Of a stretch of 64,000 nucleotides of DNA, positions 15,049 through 27,200 are shown one piece after another (positions within the stretch are counted from its first letter, which is position 1; the number at the start of each line of letters is the position of its first letter). The position numbers were made by a program, and so were the translations under genes. Source of the stretch: Octopus sinensis (lineage: Eukaryota); the NCBI RefSeq assembly GCF_006345805.1, contig NC_043006.1, positions 38,688,001 through 38,752,000 of the forward strand. Reading direction: 5' to 3'. The notes beneath the pieces were generated by a model that had not been told where the DNA came from, ran no database searches, and was given only the letters and a program-made list of their open reading frames with translations.

Positions 15049-15900
15049 AATTTATTGACCCCGAAAGGATTCATCCTTTCGGAGTCAATAAATTATTGTT
15101 TCAAAAAATAAAAGCTGTCTTTGGTGGAATTTGAACTCAGAACATAAAGATGACCAAAATGCTGTTGAGCATTTTGCCCAGCATGCTAACGATTCTGCCA
15201 GCTCGCCACCTTGAAAGTGCATCTTACATTGGTTTCAAATTTAAGTACAAGGCCAGCAAATTCAGGACAGGGAGTAAGTTAATTACATCACCACCCCTGC
15301 CAGTACTGGACTGGTACTTATTTTATCAACCCTAAAAGGATGAAAGACAAAGTCAACCTTGGTGGAATTTGAACTCAGAACACGAAGAATGATGTAATAT
15401 GACAAAGCATTTTGCCTAGCATGCTAGCGATTCTGCCAGCTCACCACCAAATTCTTACATCTTCTTTTCTACTCTAGGCACAAGGCCCAGAATCTTTGGG
15501 GAGGGAGCCGGTCGATTAAATTGACTCCAGTACGCAACTGGTACTTAATTTATCGAACCTGAAATGATGAAAGGCAAAGTAGACCTCGATGGAATTTGAA
15601 CCCAGAATGTAAAGACATAAAATACCACTAAGCATTTTACCCAGCGTGCTAACATTTCTGTTAGCTCGTTGCCTTAAAATATTCTTTTCTACTCTAGGCA
15701 CAAGGCCTGAAAGTTTGTGGGGGGGAGGGGGCAGTTGATTAAGATGGACCCCAGTATGCAACTGGTACTTAATTTATCGACCCCAAAAAGATGAAACGCA
15801 AAGTCGACCCCAGCGGAATTTGAACTCAGAATATAAAGACAGATGAAATACCACTAAGTATTTCGTCCAGTGTGCTAATGATTCTGCCAGCTCGCCAACA
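15049..15900 (-). mobile_element. Cluster of about four to five head-to-tail MetaSINE-like tRNA SINE copies
   Basis: Repeated actggtacttaatttatcgacc.cgaaaggatgaaaggcaaagtcgac...ggaatttgaactcagaa; similar clusters at 9760-10268 and 22480-23040. Confidence 0.75.
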
Positions 15901-16093
15901 AATTCTTATATATTATTAACTGATTTATTCTTAGCTGAAATCTGACCAATGTTGACATTTCACTCATGAATAGGGGTGGTGGTGGTCGTGGTGGAGTGTA
16001 CAAATATAAAAAAAAAAATGAATCAGGAGCTGATTCAATTAACAAAGTTCTCATAAAAAAAATAATAAATAATAACAATGTACCTAAGAAATC

Positions 16094-16142
<49 letters not shown>

Positions 16143-16777
16143 GTAATAATAATAATAAAAAATAATTTGTATTCTATAACGAGAACATTTAATTATTTGC
16201 AAATGTCTTTTGTTTGTTTGTTTGTTTAATTAATTATTTATTTTTGATTTTTCAATCTTTTCACGCTATTGTTATTCAAAAAAGATATTTGTAAGTAGTG
16301 TGCTCTATGGTGCATCATCATCATCATCATCATCATGCTGTATTCTGTGATATAAAATCACTGAGAGCTTTAATTTATCACCAGAATAACGCATGACAAT
16401 GCACCTTCAGTGCACTTATTTGCAGCGTTTGAATGTTATTGTATTGTCTAAAACTAACAATTGATACACTTTACTATAATTTTTATATGCTGTTGCATTT
16501 TGTGGTGAAGCTGTAACTAGTGCACTTTTTTTTTAACTTCTTTGAAACAATAATATCAACATTTTCTTTCTCTTTTTTCGTTGCCCCCCCCCCCAACATC
16601 ATCGTCATTGTTTAATGCCCACTTTTTCAAGTTTGCATGGGTCAAATGAAATTTATTGAGGGAGATATTCTACAGCTGGATGCCCTTCCTGTTATCAGTC
16701 CTTGCCTGTTTCCAAGCTAGGGTGATGTTTCTCCATGGCCAGACATGTTTTTGCAGAATATTGGAAATGAATGGCAT

Positions 16778-17187
16778 TTACTCTTTTACTCTTTTACTTG
16801 TTTCAGCCATTTGACTGTGGCCATGCTGGAGCACCACATTTAGTCGAGCAAATCGACCCCAGGACTTATTCTTTGTAAACCCAGTACTTATTCTATCAGT
16901 CTCTTTTGCCAAACCACTAAGTTACGGGGACATAAGCACACCAGCATCAGTTGTCAAGCGATGTTGGGGGGGGGGGCAAACACAGACACACAAATGCAAA
17001 CACATATATGTATACATATGTACGACGGGCTTCTTTCAGTTTCCGTCTACCAAATCTACTCACAAGGCTTTGGTCAGCCTGAGGCTATAGTAGAAGGCAC
17101 TTGCCCAAGGTGCCACGCAGTGGGATTGAACCTGGAACCATGTGGTTCGTAAGCAAGCTACTTACCATACAGTCACTCCTGTGCCTA
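16778..17187 (-). mobile_element. Abundant tRNA-derived CORE-like SINE (representative copy)
   Basis: Head gtg.ctgt.tggtaagtagcttgctt...ggttca.tcccactgcgtggcaccttgggcaagt, internal (TG)n, tail gactgaaacaagt(aaaagagt)n. Other copies at about 4835-5230, 6430-6760, 7305-7820, 12840-13285, 27955-28330, 33360-33690, 38523-38917, 59305-59700 and 60346-60740. Confidence 0.8.
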
Positions 17188-17242
17188 TACAACAATCACA
17201 CAATGTCAAAACATTGAGGCAAAAACAAACACACACACCTCT

Positions 17243-18380
17243 ATACCATGTTGTGTCAAAAGTTGTTTGGGATTTTCACAGGTGATTTTTGATAACTTGT
17301 ATCTCCACGTTATATCATTAATTCAATATGGCCCGGTCCAATCATTGCTGAATTGTTTGTTTATTATTTTCATATATTGTTTCTTCTTTGTTTTACACCT
17401 TTGCTAATGAGTAATGAAAAAATTGCAATTAGTGTCATTTTACACTACCTGTAGGGGGGATAAAAAAAAAAGGACTGAGTGCAAAGGTAGCTGCAGAAGA
17501 AATTAAGGATATGGAAGGCCCAGGAATTGTCAACAGACATATGCTACAAAACTGGTTCAGACAGTTCATGGAAGGTGACACCAACCTCAAAGACAAACCT
17601 GTTGTGGGAGATGAGGCCTTGCCTGAAGTGGTTGAATAACAGACAAGCACAAGCACTTGTATGTTGTCAGCAGAACGTTGTCCCTTACAAAGTACCATCA
17701 GTCAAAACCTGCATAAATTCAGCCTTGTGAACAGAAGCTGTTGAGCAGCTTGTCATGAACTGGCCAATGACCAGGCTCAATGACAAGTGAATGTTTGCAA
17801 ATAACTGCCTTCAAATCCTCAAAATACCTGTTTTTGACATCAGATTTTGAGTGGATTTGAGAACTGGATCTATGTTTGTAATCCTAATAAGAGAAATCAG
17901 TGGCTTTGTTCTGACCAGACTTCAGAACTGCCCTTGCTTGGCAAGGGTAGTTTGAATGGACGGTTATGTGTGTTTGGTGGAATTTTGAAGGGGTGTTGCA
18001 CTTTGAGCTTGTCCCAGATGGTCATGCTGTGAATGCTAACTTTTATGCTCAACCATTGCAGCAAGTATACGATGCTTTGAAAGCCTGCAACTCAGCATTG
18101 GTCAGTTAAATACACATACTCCTACAGTATGATGACACATTACCAATTTGACCAAGCATAAACTTGAGGAAGATGAGAAAATGGAAGTACTGCCTCATTC
18201 TGCTTAGAGCCGAGACTTTGCAGTATCAGATTACTGCTTTTCAAAGCTGTGGCTCTAAACCAGCCAAATTGTATAAGCATGGAACTGAGTTTCTGGCATA
18301 ATGATGGAAGCAGACAACAGAATATGAATGAATATATTTCGACAAAAATTGCTTTTTGTATGTATTTTGTTTGAACTATT
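17243..18380 (+). mobile_element. Decayed mariner (DD34D-type) DNA transposon
   Basis: Broken translations GLSAKVAAEEIK..EGPG.V, QNWFRQFMEGDTNLKDKP, SGFENWIY..NP..R.QW (cf. TGDEKW), MLCVWWNFEGV.HFELVP.G.AVNA.FY and HSA*SRDFAVSDY (cf. YSPDLAPSDY). Confidence 0.85.
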
Positions 18381-18483
18381 GCAATCATGAGGCTGTGGGT
18401 TTGATTCCCAGACCAGGCTGTGTGTTGTGTTCTTGAGCAAGACAATTTATTTCATGCTGCTCCAGTTCACTTAGTAGAAATGA

Positions 18484-18701
18484 GGCGAGCTGGCAGAGAC
18501 GTTAGCACGCTGGGTGAAATGCTTAGCAGTATTTCATCGGTTGTTACGTTCTGAATTAAAATTCTGCCAAGGTCGACTTTGCCTTTCATCCTTTCGGGGT
18601 CGATAAATTAAGTACCAGCTACGCACTGGGATCGATGTAATCAACTTAATCCCTTTGTCTGTCCCCTCTATGTTTAGCCCCTTGTGGGCAATAAAGAAAT
18701 A
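18484..18701 (+). mobile_element. Full-length MetaSINE-like tRNA SINE with 8-bp target site duplication, nested in a CORE-type SINE (~18385-18900)
   Basis: AGAAATGA at 18476-18483 and 18702-18709; central gcctttcatcctttcggggtcgataaa motif. Confidence 0.8.
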
Positions 18702-20344
18702 AGAAATGATTTGTGACATCATTAGTACCAAGCTGTATCAGCCTTTTGCCTTTCCTTTGGATAATACTGGTGGTGTGGAAAGAGGAGACCAATAAGCATG
18801 GTGACTTCTGGTCTTCCATAAACAACCTTACCCAAACCTGTGCTTTGGAGGGGAAGTTTCTAGATGCAACCCTATGGTCATTCATGACCAAAGGGGGTCA
18901 CTCTCCCAAGAACAGAAATAGTTACTTCTACAAACTACAAGCTTCCTTACAGTTTTCACATAAAAAATTTAGTTGAAGGCTCTGATAAAAAAAATAAAAA
19001 ACACTTATTCAAGGTGGTGTGCAGTAAGATCAAACTCAAAGCGTTGTCATTGCAAAGCAATCTTCTTAATCGCATAGCCATGTCTCTCATCACTGTAGTG
19101 CTGCATTTTCACATAAAATGCTGATCATGCACCTACCAACATCTAAACTCATCGCATTTGATCTGAGGAAATAAAATAATAAAATAACAAAATAGAATAA
19201 TAAAGAAGAGATTTCCTGGTGGGAAAACTAAGTAGTTTGTGCAGCATTGAGGTCCTTGTTATCATCATCATTGTCATCATCATCATCACCACCACCATCT
19301 TCATCACCATCATCATCATCACCATCACCATTATCATCATCACTATCATCATCATCATCACTATCATCATCATCATCATCATCCTCATCACCACCATCAT
19401 CATCATCACCATCATTATCATCACAATCGTCATCACCTTCACCACCATCACCATCCTTATCACCATCACGTTCACCACCATCATCATCACCTTCATTATC
19501 ACCACCACCATTACCATCATCATCACTATCATCATCATCATCATCATCATTGTCATCTTCCCCTTCACCATCATCACCATCCCCCTCCTCCTCCTTATCA
19601 TCATCACTATATTTTATATTTTATTATTACCCTTTTTTTAATGGTTTCTCACTCAGCTATTTTGTCTTACATAATATAACAATTGCAAAGTATTGTAGTG
19701 CACGTCAGGAGATCAACTTGTAGCTTCATCTCATAAGAAGCAATTATAGGAAAAAGGTTATTATATTTTATTTTACACGTGTAGCAGCAGTAGCAGCACA
19801 AGTGGCAGATAAAAGCATTCGAGATAACAGAACAGCAACAACAACCACAACAAGAACAAAAATGTAAAATGACTGACATAGCAAAACTGAAACAACTGTC
19901 ATAAAACAATAACAGAAAAAAAGAAAAAAAAGGCAAAAGTAAAAAAAAATATATACATATTTTGGTTGTTGTTTTTTTTTTGAATTTGAAAAATTTAGAA
20001 TGTTAGGGTAACTATGGCAACTGGAAATATCTTCAAAACTAGTTGTCGTAGCAAACATTATCGGCACAACTACCACCACCACCACCACCACTGTCACGAA
20101 CACAACCACTGCTGCCGCCGCTACCACCGGCACTACCATTTATGTCGTAATGCTGCCAACATTATCACTAACACTAATAACTCGATTTAAAGCTCGTAAA
20201 AGAGTCAACAGATACACAAGCGCTAAAGGATTTCTCTGACTTTAAAAACCAAGGACAAACAAACCTCTGTGGAGGTCAATAACAAACACCATGAAGAAGA
20301 CAGTGATTAAAAGCCTCATTGTCATCATTGTCAAATTCCTTGTC

Positions 20345-20390
<46 letters not shown>

Positions 20391-20391
<1 letters not shown>

Positions 20392-20855
20392 GATGGGCTA
20401 CAGCAAATATTCTGCTCAATACCACAGATTTGCTTGTCAGTTGTTTGACCTTAACCAGTTGAGCATGTCCCTTAGTGGCTGACGATATGTGCATCTCTGA
20501 TCACGAGCAGAAGTAGTGGGGGAGCATCATAGCCATGTGTTGAGAGGGATTCTTTGGGGTTTGAATAATTCACCTCTGGAAACATGGGTGGTTCTTTCAA
20601 CATCCTTAAACAACCCTTATTCAGGGACCTTCTGAGCGGGATGGGCTACTCAACCTCAAGAAAATTCTAACCGGGCCCCACCTGCAAGGTCATGTGCTGT
20701 TTATCTTGATATGAGATCACCATGTCGCGCACATATGGTTGTGATGCATGTGCCTGGTGTACCCTTATCAGACGGGTAGTCATGATGGGTATATTGGGCT
20801 TCGTATATTTTACCCCAGTGTCACTTTGATGGCATGCACTGCTCTCTCACTCAAT
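20391..20855 (+). mobile_element. (TAA)n-flanked non-coding interspersed repeat (5'-truncated copy)
   Basis: Near-identical to 21778-22330, 45117-45660 and pieces at 2545-3094; ends ctctctcactc(aat)n. Confidence 0.8.
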
Positions 20856-20889
20856 AATAATAATAATAATAATAATGATAATAATAATA

Positions 20890-21380
20890 AGCTACTAAAC
20901 CGGATATTATTATAAAAGATCAGACTAAAAAAGATATGTTTATTAATTGACATGAGTATTCCTTGCGATCACAATATAGTGGCAAAAGAATTTGACAAGA
21001 TCGGTAAATATAAAGACTTGCTAATAGAAATTGAAAAAATGTGGCATCTCAAGGCGACTATAGTACCAGTGATTGTAGGATCTCTAGGAATGATAAAAAA
21101 AAAGGTACTGAAACCTATTTGAAAATGATACCAGGCTTACCATCCCTACAGGAAGTACAAAAAAAAGCATGTTAACTGGAACGACTCATGTACTGAGAAG
21201 AGCATTATCGCTGTGAAATCAACATCCATGAATTTATTTATTTATTAATTTTTTAAAATACATATTTTACCTGTGAATTTGCATGTGTAATCTGGGAATG
21301 CATACAATGAGCTTCTCTGCCTTAGGTGTATGAAAAACACTCGGCGAGAAATGGAAGAAAGTTTGAAGAAAAGAAGGAAA
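20890..21380 (+). mobile_element. R4/Dong-clade 3' fragment (restriction-like endonuclease and 3' UTR)
   Basis: KPDIIIKDQ....LLIDMSIPCDHNIVAKEFDKIGKYKDLLIEIEKMWHLKATIVPVIVGSLG; flanked by (TAA)n. Confidence 0.85.
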
Positions 21381-21698
21381 ATAATAATAATAATAATAAT
21401 AATAATGATAATAATGATAATACGGAAAATAAGAGGTGTTACCTTAGTTCACTGGTAGTGAACAGCTGACATTGTAGTACATCTCCAGCATTAGAAGCTG
21501 TGCAAAGGCAATAATAATAATCATCATATTCCCTTCTACTTAAGGCACAAGGCCTGAGATTTTGTGGAAGGGATTAAGTCGATTACATCGACCTCAGTGT
21601 TTCACTGGTACTTAATTTATCGACTCTGAAAGGATGAAAGACAGTTGACTTCGGGCAAAATATTGTAAGCATTTTACCTGGCATGCTAACCAACTTAC

Positions 21699-21751
<53 letters not shown>

Positions 21752-21777
21752 AAATAATAATAATAATGATAATAAAT

Positions 21778-22330
21778 GTCCTGATGCAGTACCAGGTAGT
21801 GGCTCTTGTGACTTCCAATCACAACTGATTGGAAGTGTTATCATGTACATTGTTTTATCTTGGTATAAAAGATGGGTTACAGCAAATATTCTGCTCAATA
21901 CCACAGATTTGCTTGTCAGTTGTTTGACCATAACTAGTTGAGCATGTCCCTTAGTGGCTGACGATATGTGTGCAAGCAGAAGTAGTGGGGGAGCATCATA
22001 GCCATGTGTTGAGAGGAATTCTTTGGGGTTTGATTAATTCACTACTGGAAACATGGGTGTTTTTTTTTAACACCCTTAAAACAAACCTTATTCAGGACCT
22101 TCTGAGCAGGATGGGCTACTCGACCTGAAGAAAATTTTAACTGGGCCCCACCTGCAAGGCTATGCACCGTTTATCTTGATATGAGATCACCATGTCACAC
22201 ACATATAATTGCGATGCATGTGACTGATGAACCCTTATTCGATAGGTAGTCATGATGAGTATATTGGGATTCGTAGATTTGTACCCCAGTGTCACTTTGA
22301 TGGCATGCATTTCTCTCTCACTCAATAATA
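21778..22330 (+). mobile_element. Apparently full-length (~550 bp) copy of the (TAA)n-flanked non-coding repeat
   Basis: Starts gtcctgatgcagtaccagg just after a TAA tract and ends cactcaataataat. Confidence 0.8.
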
Positions 22331-23175
22331 ATACTTTTTTATTTGTTACATGGGCCAAAAAGACATTTAGGACAGTACAAAGGCAAAGCATAGGAGCATA
22401 CAACAATATTTTACAGTTACATTTTTTCATTATTTATTTATCATGTTATTAAATTTTACTCAAAATATTTGTTTCAAACTTTAGCACAAGGCCAGCAATT
22501 TCGGGGTGGAGGTGGGGCAATTTGAACCCAGAGTTCTACTGGTACTTCTTTTACTGGCCATGAAAGGATAAAAAGTAAAGTCCACCTTGGCAGAATTTGA
22601 ACTCAGAACATGAAGACAAATAAAATGCATCTAAACATTTTGAAAGGGATGCTAACAATTTTGGCAGTGCACCACCTTAAATTTTACTCTAAATATTTTT
22701 TATACTCTAGGCACAAGGCCTGAAATTTTGGGAAAGGAGTCAGTCAATTAAATTGACCCCAGTATGTGACTGGTGCTTAATTTATTGACCCTGAAAGGAT
22801 GAAAGGTAAAGTCAACCTCAGCGGATTTAATATTCTTTTCTACTCTAGACATAAGGCCTGAAATTTTGGGGGAAGGGGTTAGTCGATTAAATCGACCCCA
22901 GTATGCAACTGGTACTTAATTTATCAACCCTGAAAGGCAAAGTCAACTTTGGTGGAATTAATATTTTTTTCTACTCTAGGCACAAGGCCTGAAATTTTTT
23001 GGGGGAGGAGGCAAGTCGATGAGATCGACCCCAGTATGGAGGCAGGGAGAGAGAAGGAGAGAAATATTAATACATCTGATATCAAATAAGTCAGCATTGA
23101 ATCAGTGATGCCAAAATGGCTGTGCCAAAATGACTCATACTCCAAATAATAATAGAAAGCAAAGCAGCGACTTAC

Positions 23176-23377
23176 CGGAATTCTACTTGTCCATCAACAA
23201 GTGCAACAGAGAAGAAATCCCCTCGAGCATCAGGCTTCTCGGAAGCAAATAGCAATAATCCATTTGGAGATTCTGGTTTGATTTCCAGATAAATGCGGAA
23301 CTGCTTGTAAGCATCACGCAACACAGGGAAAGCCAAATATCCTCGGCCATTCAACTTTGGGTATCTGACGACAATTT
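23176..23377 (-). CDS. EGFLAM: Internal coding exon: N-terminal half of a laminin-G domain of a pikachurin/EGFLAM-like extracellular matrix protein (agrin/EYS-type LamG is the alternative)
   Basis: Pyrimidine-rich acceptor ...caacccaatcacag|AA and donor CG|GTAAGT; phase 1 to phase 2; 66 full codons IVVRYPKLNGRGYLAFPVLRDAYKQFRIYLEIKPESPNGLLLFASEKPDARGDFFSVALVDGQVEF. From memory it aligns colinearly with pikachurin LamG1 (IVIQYPQF.G.SY..F..L..SYQ.F.I.LEF.....DGLLLY..E....RGDF.S.A......FR). LamG is secure; orthology is inferred. Confidence 0.85.
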
Positions 23378-23544
23378 CTGTGATTGGGTTGTAAGGTGGC
23401 ACAATGAAAGAGAAAAGAAAAATATATGAAACATATGGAAAAGAAAAAAAAAACAATATTAATAATAATGATGATAAACAACTTTTATTCTATACTTGTT
23501 TCAGTCAATGGACTGTGACCATGCTGGGGCATTGCCTTGAAGGA

Positions 23545-23713
23545 TTTACATTATTTACATTTGATAGATATTTGTCCTCATTTTGTTTGTTGTTAACACA
23601 TTTCGGTTGATATACCTTCCAGCCTTCATCAGGTGTCTTGGGGAAATTTTGAACCTGGGTTCTCATTCATAAGATATTTTTTGATGTTATTGTTGTTGTT
23701 GTTGTTGTTGTTA

Positions 23714-23779
<66 letters not shown>

Positions 23780-23878
23780 CATATGGCATAGTGGTTAAGA
23801 GCGCAGGCTGCTAATCCCAAGATTCTTAGCTCAATTCCAGGCAGTGAGCTGAATAATAATAATAATGATAATAATAAC
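23545..23878. mobile_element. Rearranged PLE module: minus-strand hammerhead tail and (TAA)n joined to a plus-strand tRNA-like head
   Basis: Minus gacacCTGATGAaggctggaaggtatatcaaccGAAA at ~23600-23640; plus tggcatagtggttaagagcgcaggctgctaatccc...gctcaattcc at ~23779-23850. Confidence 0.7.
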
Positions 23879-24390
23879 AAAAGTTTCTTTGTTTCTTTTA
23901 GAGAAACACTGTTATCTGTTGGTATTGATACATCAATTAGAAAGCATTTTTTTCTTGGTGATCTCTGACAACTATATCCGGCCTGTTGGCCTTAATTTCT
24001 CTATCTGTGTGTATTGGCATATCCCAGAGTATGGTTGCTTTCTCATTTTCTGTGACTTTTTCTGGAGTGTGCCTACATCATCTTTTTTCTGTTGTTATTC
24101 CATAGTGTTGGTATAGCTTCCAGTGTATACAGGTACCAACTCTATCGTGTCTGTGAATATATTGCTTTTTAGCCAGAACTGGGCAGCCAGAGACAATATG
24201 ATTAATTGTTTTTTCTCCCTCACCATATATTCTGCAGTTACTTGTATTTCTTTTCATTACATGCTTTTGGTAATTTCTGGTGGGAAAGCTTTGGTCTTGT
24301 GCAATTAAAAATTCTTCAGTCTCTGCTTTGCGTCCCGAGATTCTCAGCCATTGTTGGGATTTTGCTTTGTCTATTTCTTTTCTGTTTAGG
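23879..24390 (-). mobile_element. R4/Dong-clade fragment (zinc finger and start of endonuclease)
   Basis: AQDQSFPTRNY...CRIYG....TINHIVSGCPVLA...Y.HRHD...ILWDMPIHTDREIKANRPDIVV; TAA tracts on both sides. Confidence 0.85.
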
Positions 24391-24407
24391 TATTATTATT
24401 ATTATTA

Positions 24408-24450
<43 letters not shown>

Positions 24451-26408
24451 CATTATTATTATTATTATGTGAAGGTACATGGCTCAGTGGATAGAGCATT
24501 GAGCTTACGACCATGAGGTGGTGAGTTCGATTCCCAGACCAGGCTGCGTGTTGTGTTCTTGAGCAAGACACTTTATTTCACATTGCTCCAGTTAACTCAG
24601 CTGTAGAAATGAATTGCAACATCACTGGTGCCAAGCTGTATAGGCCCCTTTGCCTTTCCCTTGGATAACATCAGTGGTGTGGAGAGGGGAGGCTGATATG
24701 TATGGGTGACTGCTGGCCTTCCACAAATAACCTTGGCTGGACTTGTGCCTCGGAGGGTAACTTTCTAGGTGCAATCCCATGGTCATTCATGACTGAAATG
24801 AGTTTCCTCATTATTATTATTATTATTATTATTATAACTTCATAATCTTTATATTTTCTTATATAATTACTGCTTGAGTAAATAACCTTACACATAACAA
24901 GCACCTGTCAAACATAACTGGGAGGAAATACAAATACCCATGTTACGAGGCATTCATTGCTCTGAGGAGTTCCTTAATTTTATCTAAAAGCTTGTCCCCT
25001 TAATGTGTCATTTTGTTTCATGCAGTTTCTATATTCTTATTGTCCATACCTATCAATTTTCTGCAAAACCCCACAAATTTTATTGTCCCCTCATTCATTG
25101 CCCATGTGGCAAATACGAGAAATCATCGATATCATCATCATCATCATCATATTTCCAGTGTGGCATTATCTATAATCCTTACCCTTATCATCATTGCTCT
25201 CTTTTCTATCCTCATCGTCGTCATCAACCTTATCTGCATCATCATTGATCATCATCATGAAATTATCATCATCAGAAAAGATTGAAATATAGATGAAAAA
25301 CAAAAAAAAATGAATGTGTCCTGCACAGAAACACATTATCATGACCATCACCAGCATCAGCATCACTGACAACAGCACCAGCATCACCAGCACCATCCTC
25401 CTCCTCCTCCTCCCTATCATCATCATCGTTGTCATCTTCATCATCACCACCATCATCATCATCATTGTCGTCGTCATCATTCTCATCATCGTCATCATTA
25501 TCACTGTCTTCATCATCATTGCCTTTATCATCACCATTGTCATCATCGTCGTCATCATCATCATCATCATCGTCATCGTCATGGTATCATTCTTACAATC
25601 ATTATGAAATATAACATGAGGATCATCATTTTGACATTATCTTCCTTCTTATCATTATTTCTGTCATTATAATGACATCATATCTTCCTCCACCTCCTCC
25701 TCATAAAATTATTCTGCTCATCATAAGTTATTAATAATAATAATAATAATAATCCTTTCTACTATAGGTAGAAGGCCTGGAATTTGAGGGGAGGGGGATG
25801 GTCGATCACATCAGCTCCAAATAATTATTTATATCATCATCATCACCACCATCATCATTGTTTTCCAGTCCAACATTTTTATAAACCCCTCTCTCTTTCT
25901 CTCTCTCTGTCTTTCTCTCTCCTTCTCTCTTTCTGTCTCTCTTCATATTTGTGTTGGTTTCCTTTTTCTTTATCTCACTTTAGGGTCCAGTTTCCCATGC
26001 TGGCATGGGGCACATGGAATGTGCTGAGGTGGATTTTCTTCTGCTGGATGTCCTTCCTGTTAGTGTCCCTCACCTGTTTCCAAGAAAGGCAAATACTTCC
26101 CCAAGACCAGACATGTTTTCATGGAAGATTGGGAGAGAAGGAGACTCTTTGTATGATAAGGACATTCGTCAAGACAAGGAGAAAGTAACACAAACACAAG
26201 CACAACTCATATGGACACACACATATTTATATAGAAGGGATTCTTGCAGTTTCCATCTGCCAAATCCACTTGCAATGCTTTCTTCAGAAAACTGGGAAAG
26301 GAGGAGACTCCTTGCATGATAAGGACATTTGTCACGACAAGAAGAAAGTAACACACACACACACACATACACATACACACACAAACACATACAAGCACAA
26401 CACATATG

Positions 26409-26446
<38 letters not shown>

Positions 26447-26924
26447 GAAGGGATTCTTGCAGTTTCCATCTGCCAAATCTATGCTTTCGTCAGACTCAGG
26501 CTATAGCAGTGGTCTCATCTCTTTCCCTGCGTGTGTGTGTGTGTGTGTGTGCACGTGTCTGCATGTGCATGTGGACATGTGCATGTGGACATGTGCATGC
26601 ATGTGTGTGTATGTCTTTACATTTGTCTCTGGCCCAACCATTTATCAACGGGAGTTTACATCCTTATAACTTAGCAGTTCAGTAGAAGAGACTGATGAAA
26701 CAAATACCAGACTTTAAAAAAAAAATGAAAAACTTGGTTATATTTATTTGACTAAAACCTCTTCAAGGCAGTGCCCCAGCATGGCCACTGTCCAATGATT
26801 GAAACAAGTAGAAAAAAAAGCAAAATAAAACAAAAACTGTTAGATTGAAAAAGAAATATATTGAAAATTAATGTTCATAATTTAATAGTCAGGTAATTGC
26901 TAATATCAAAAAACTTTTTTTGCA

Positions 26925-27200
26925 AATATTTTAATTTTAAATATAAACTTAATTTTAAATTCCTTAATATATTTTTGTTATTTTAAATTCCTTAAAATAT
27001 TTTTGTTATTTTAAATTTGTTAATATATTTTTATTATTTTACATTGCTTAAAATATTTTCATTATTTTAAATTTAATATATTTTTATTATTATATAATGC
27101 TTAAAATATTTTTATTATTTTATATTGCTTAAATATTTTTATTATTCTATATTCCTTAATATATTTTTATTATTCTAAATTTGTTAATATACTTTTATCT
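26925..27200. repeat. AT-rich ~29-bp degenerate minisatellite
   Basis: Repeats of cttaatatattttt(g/a)ttattttaaatt. Confidence 0.75.

Noticed and set aside
21779-21797. Resemblance of CCTGATGCAGTACCAGG to U2 snRNA stem-loop IV
   Set aside because: Match is too short and gapped, with no other U2 sequence nearby.
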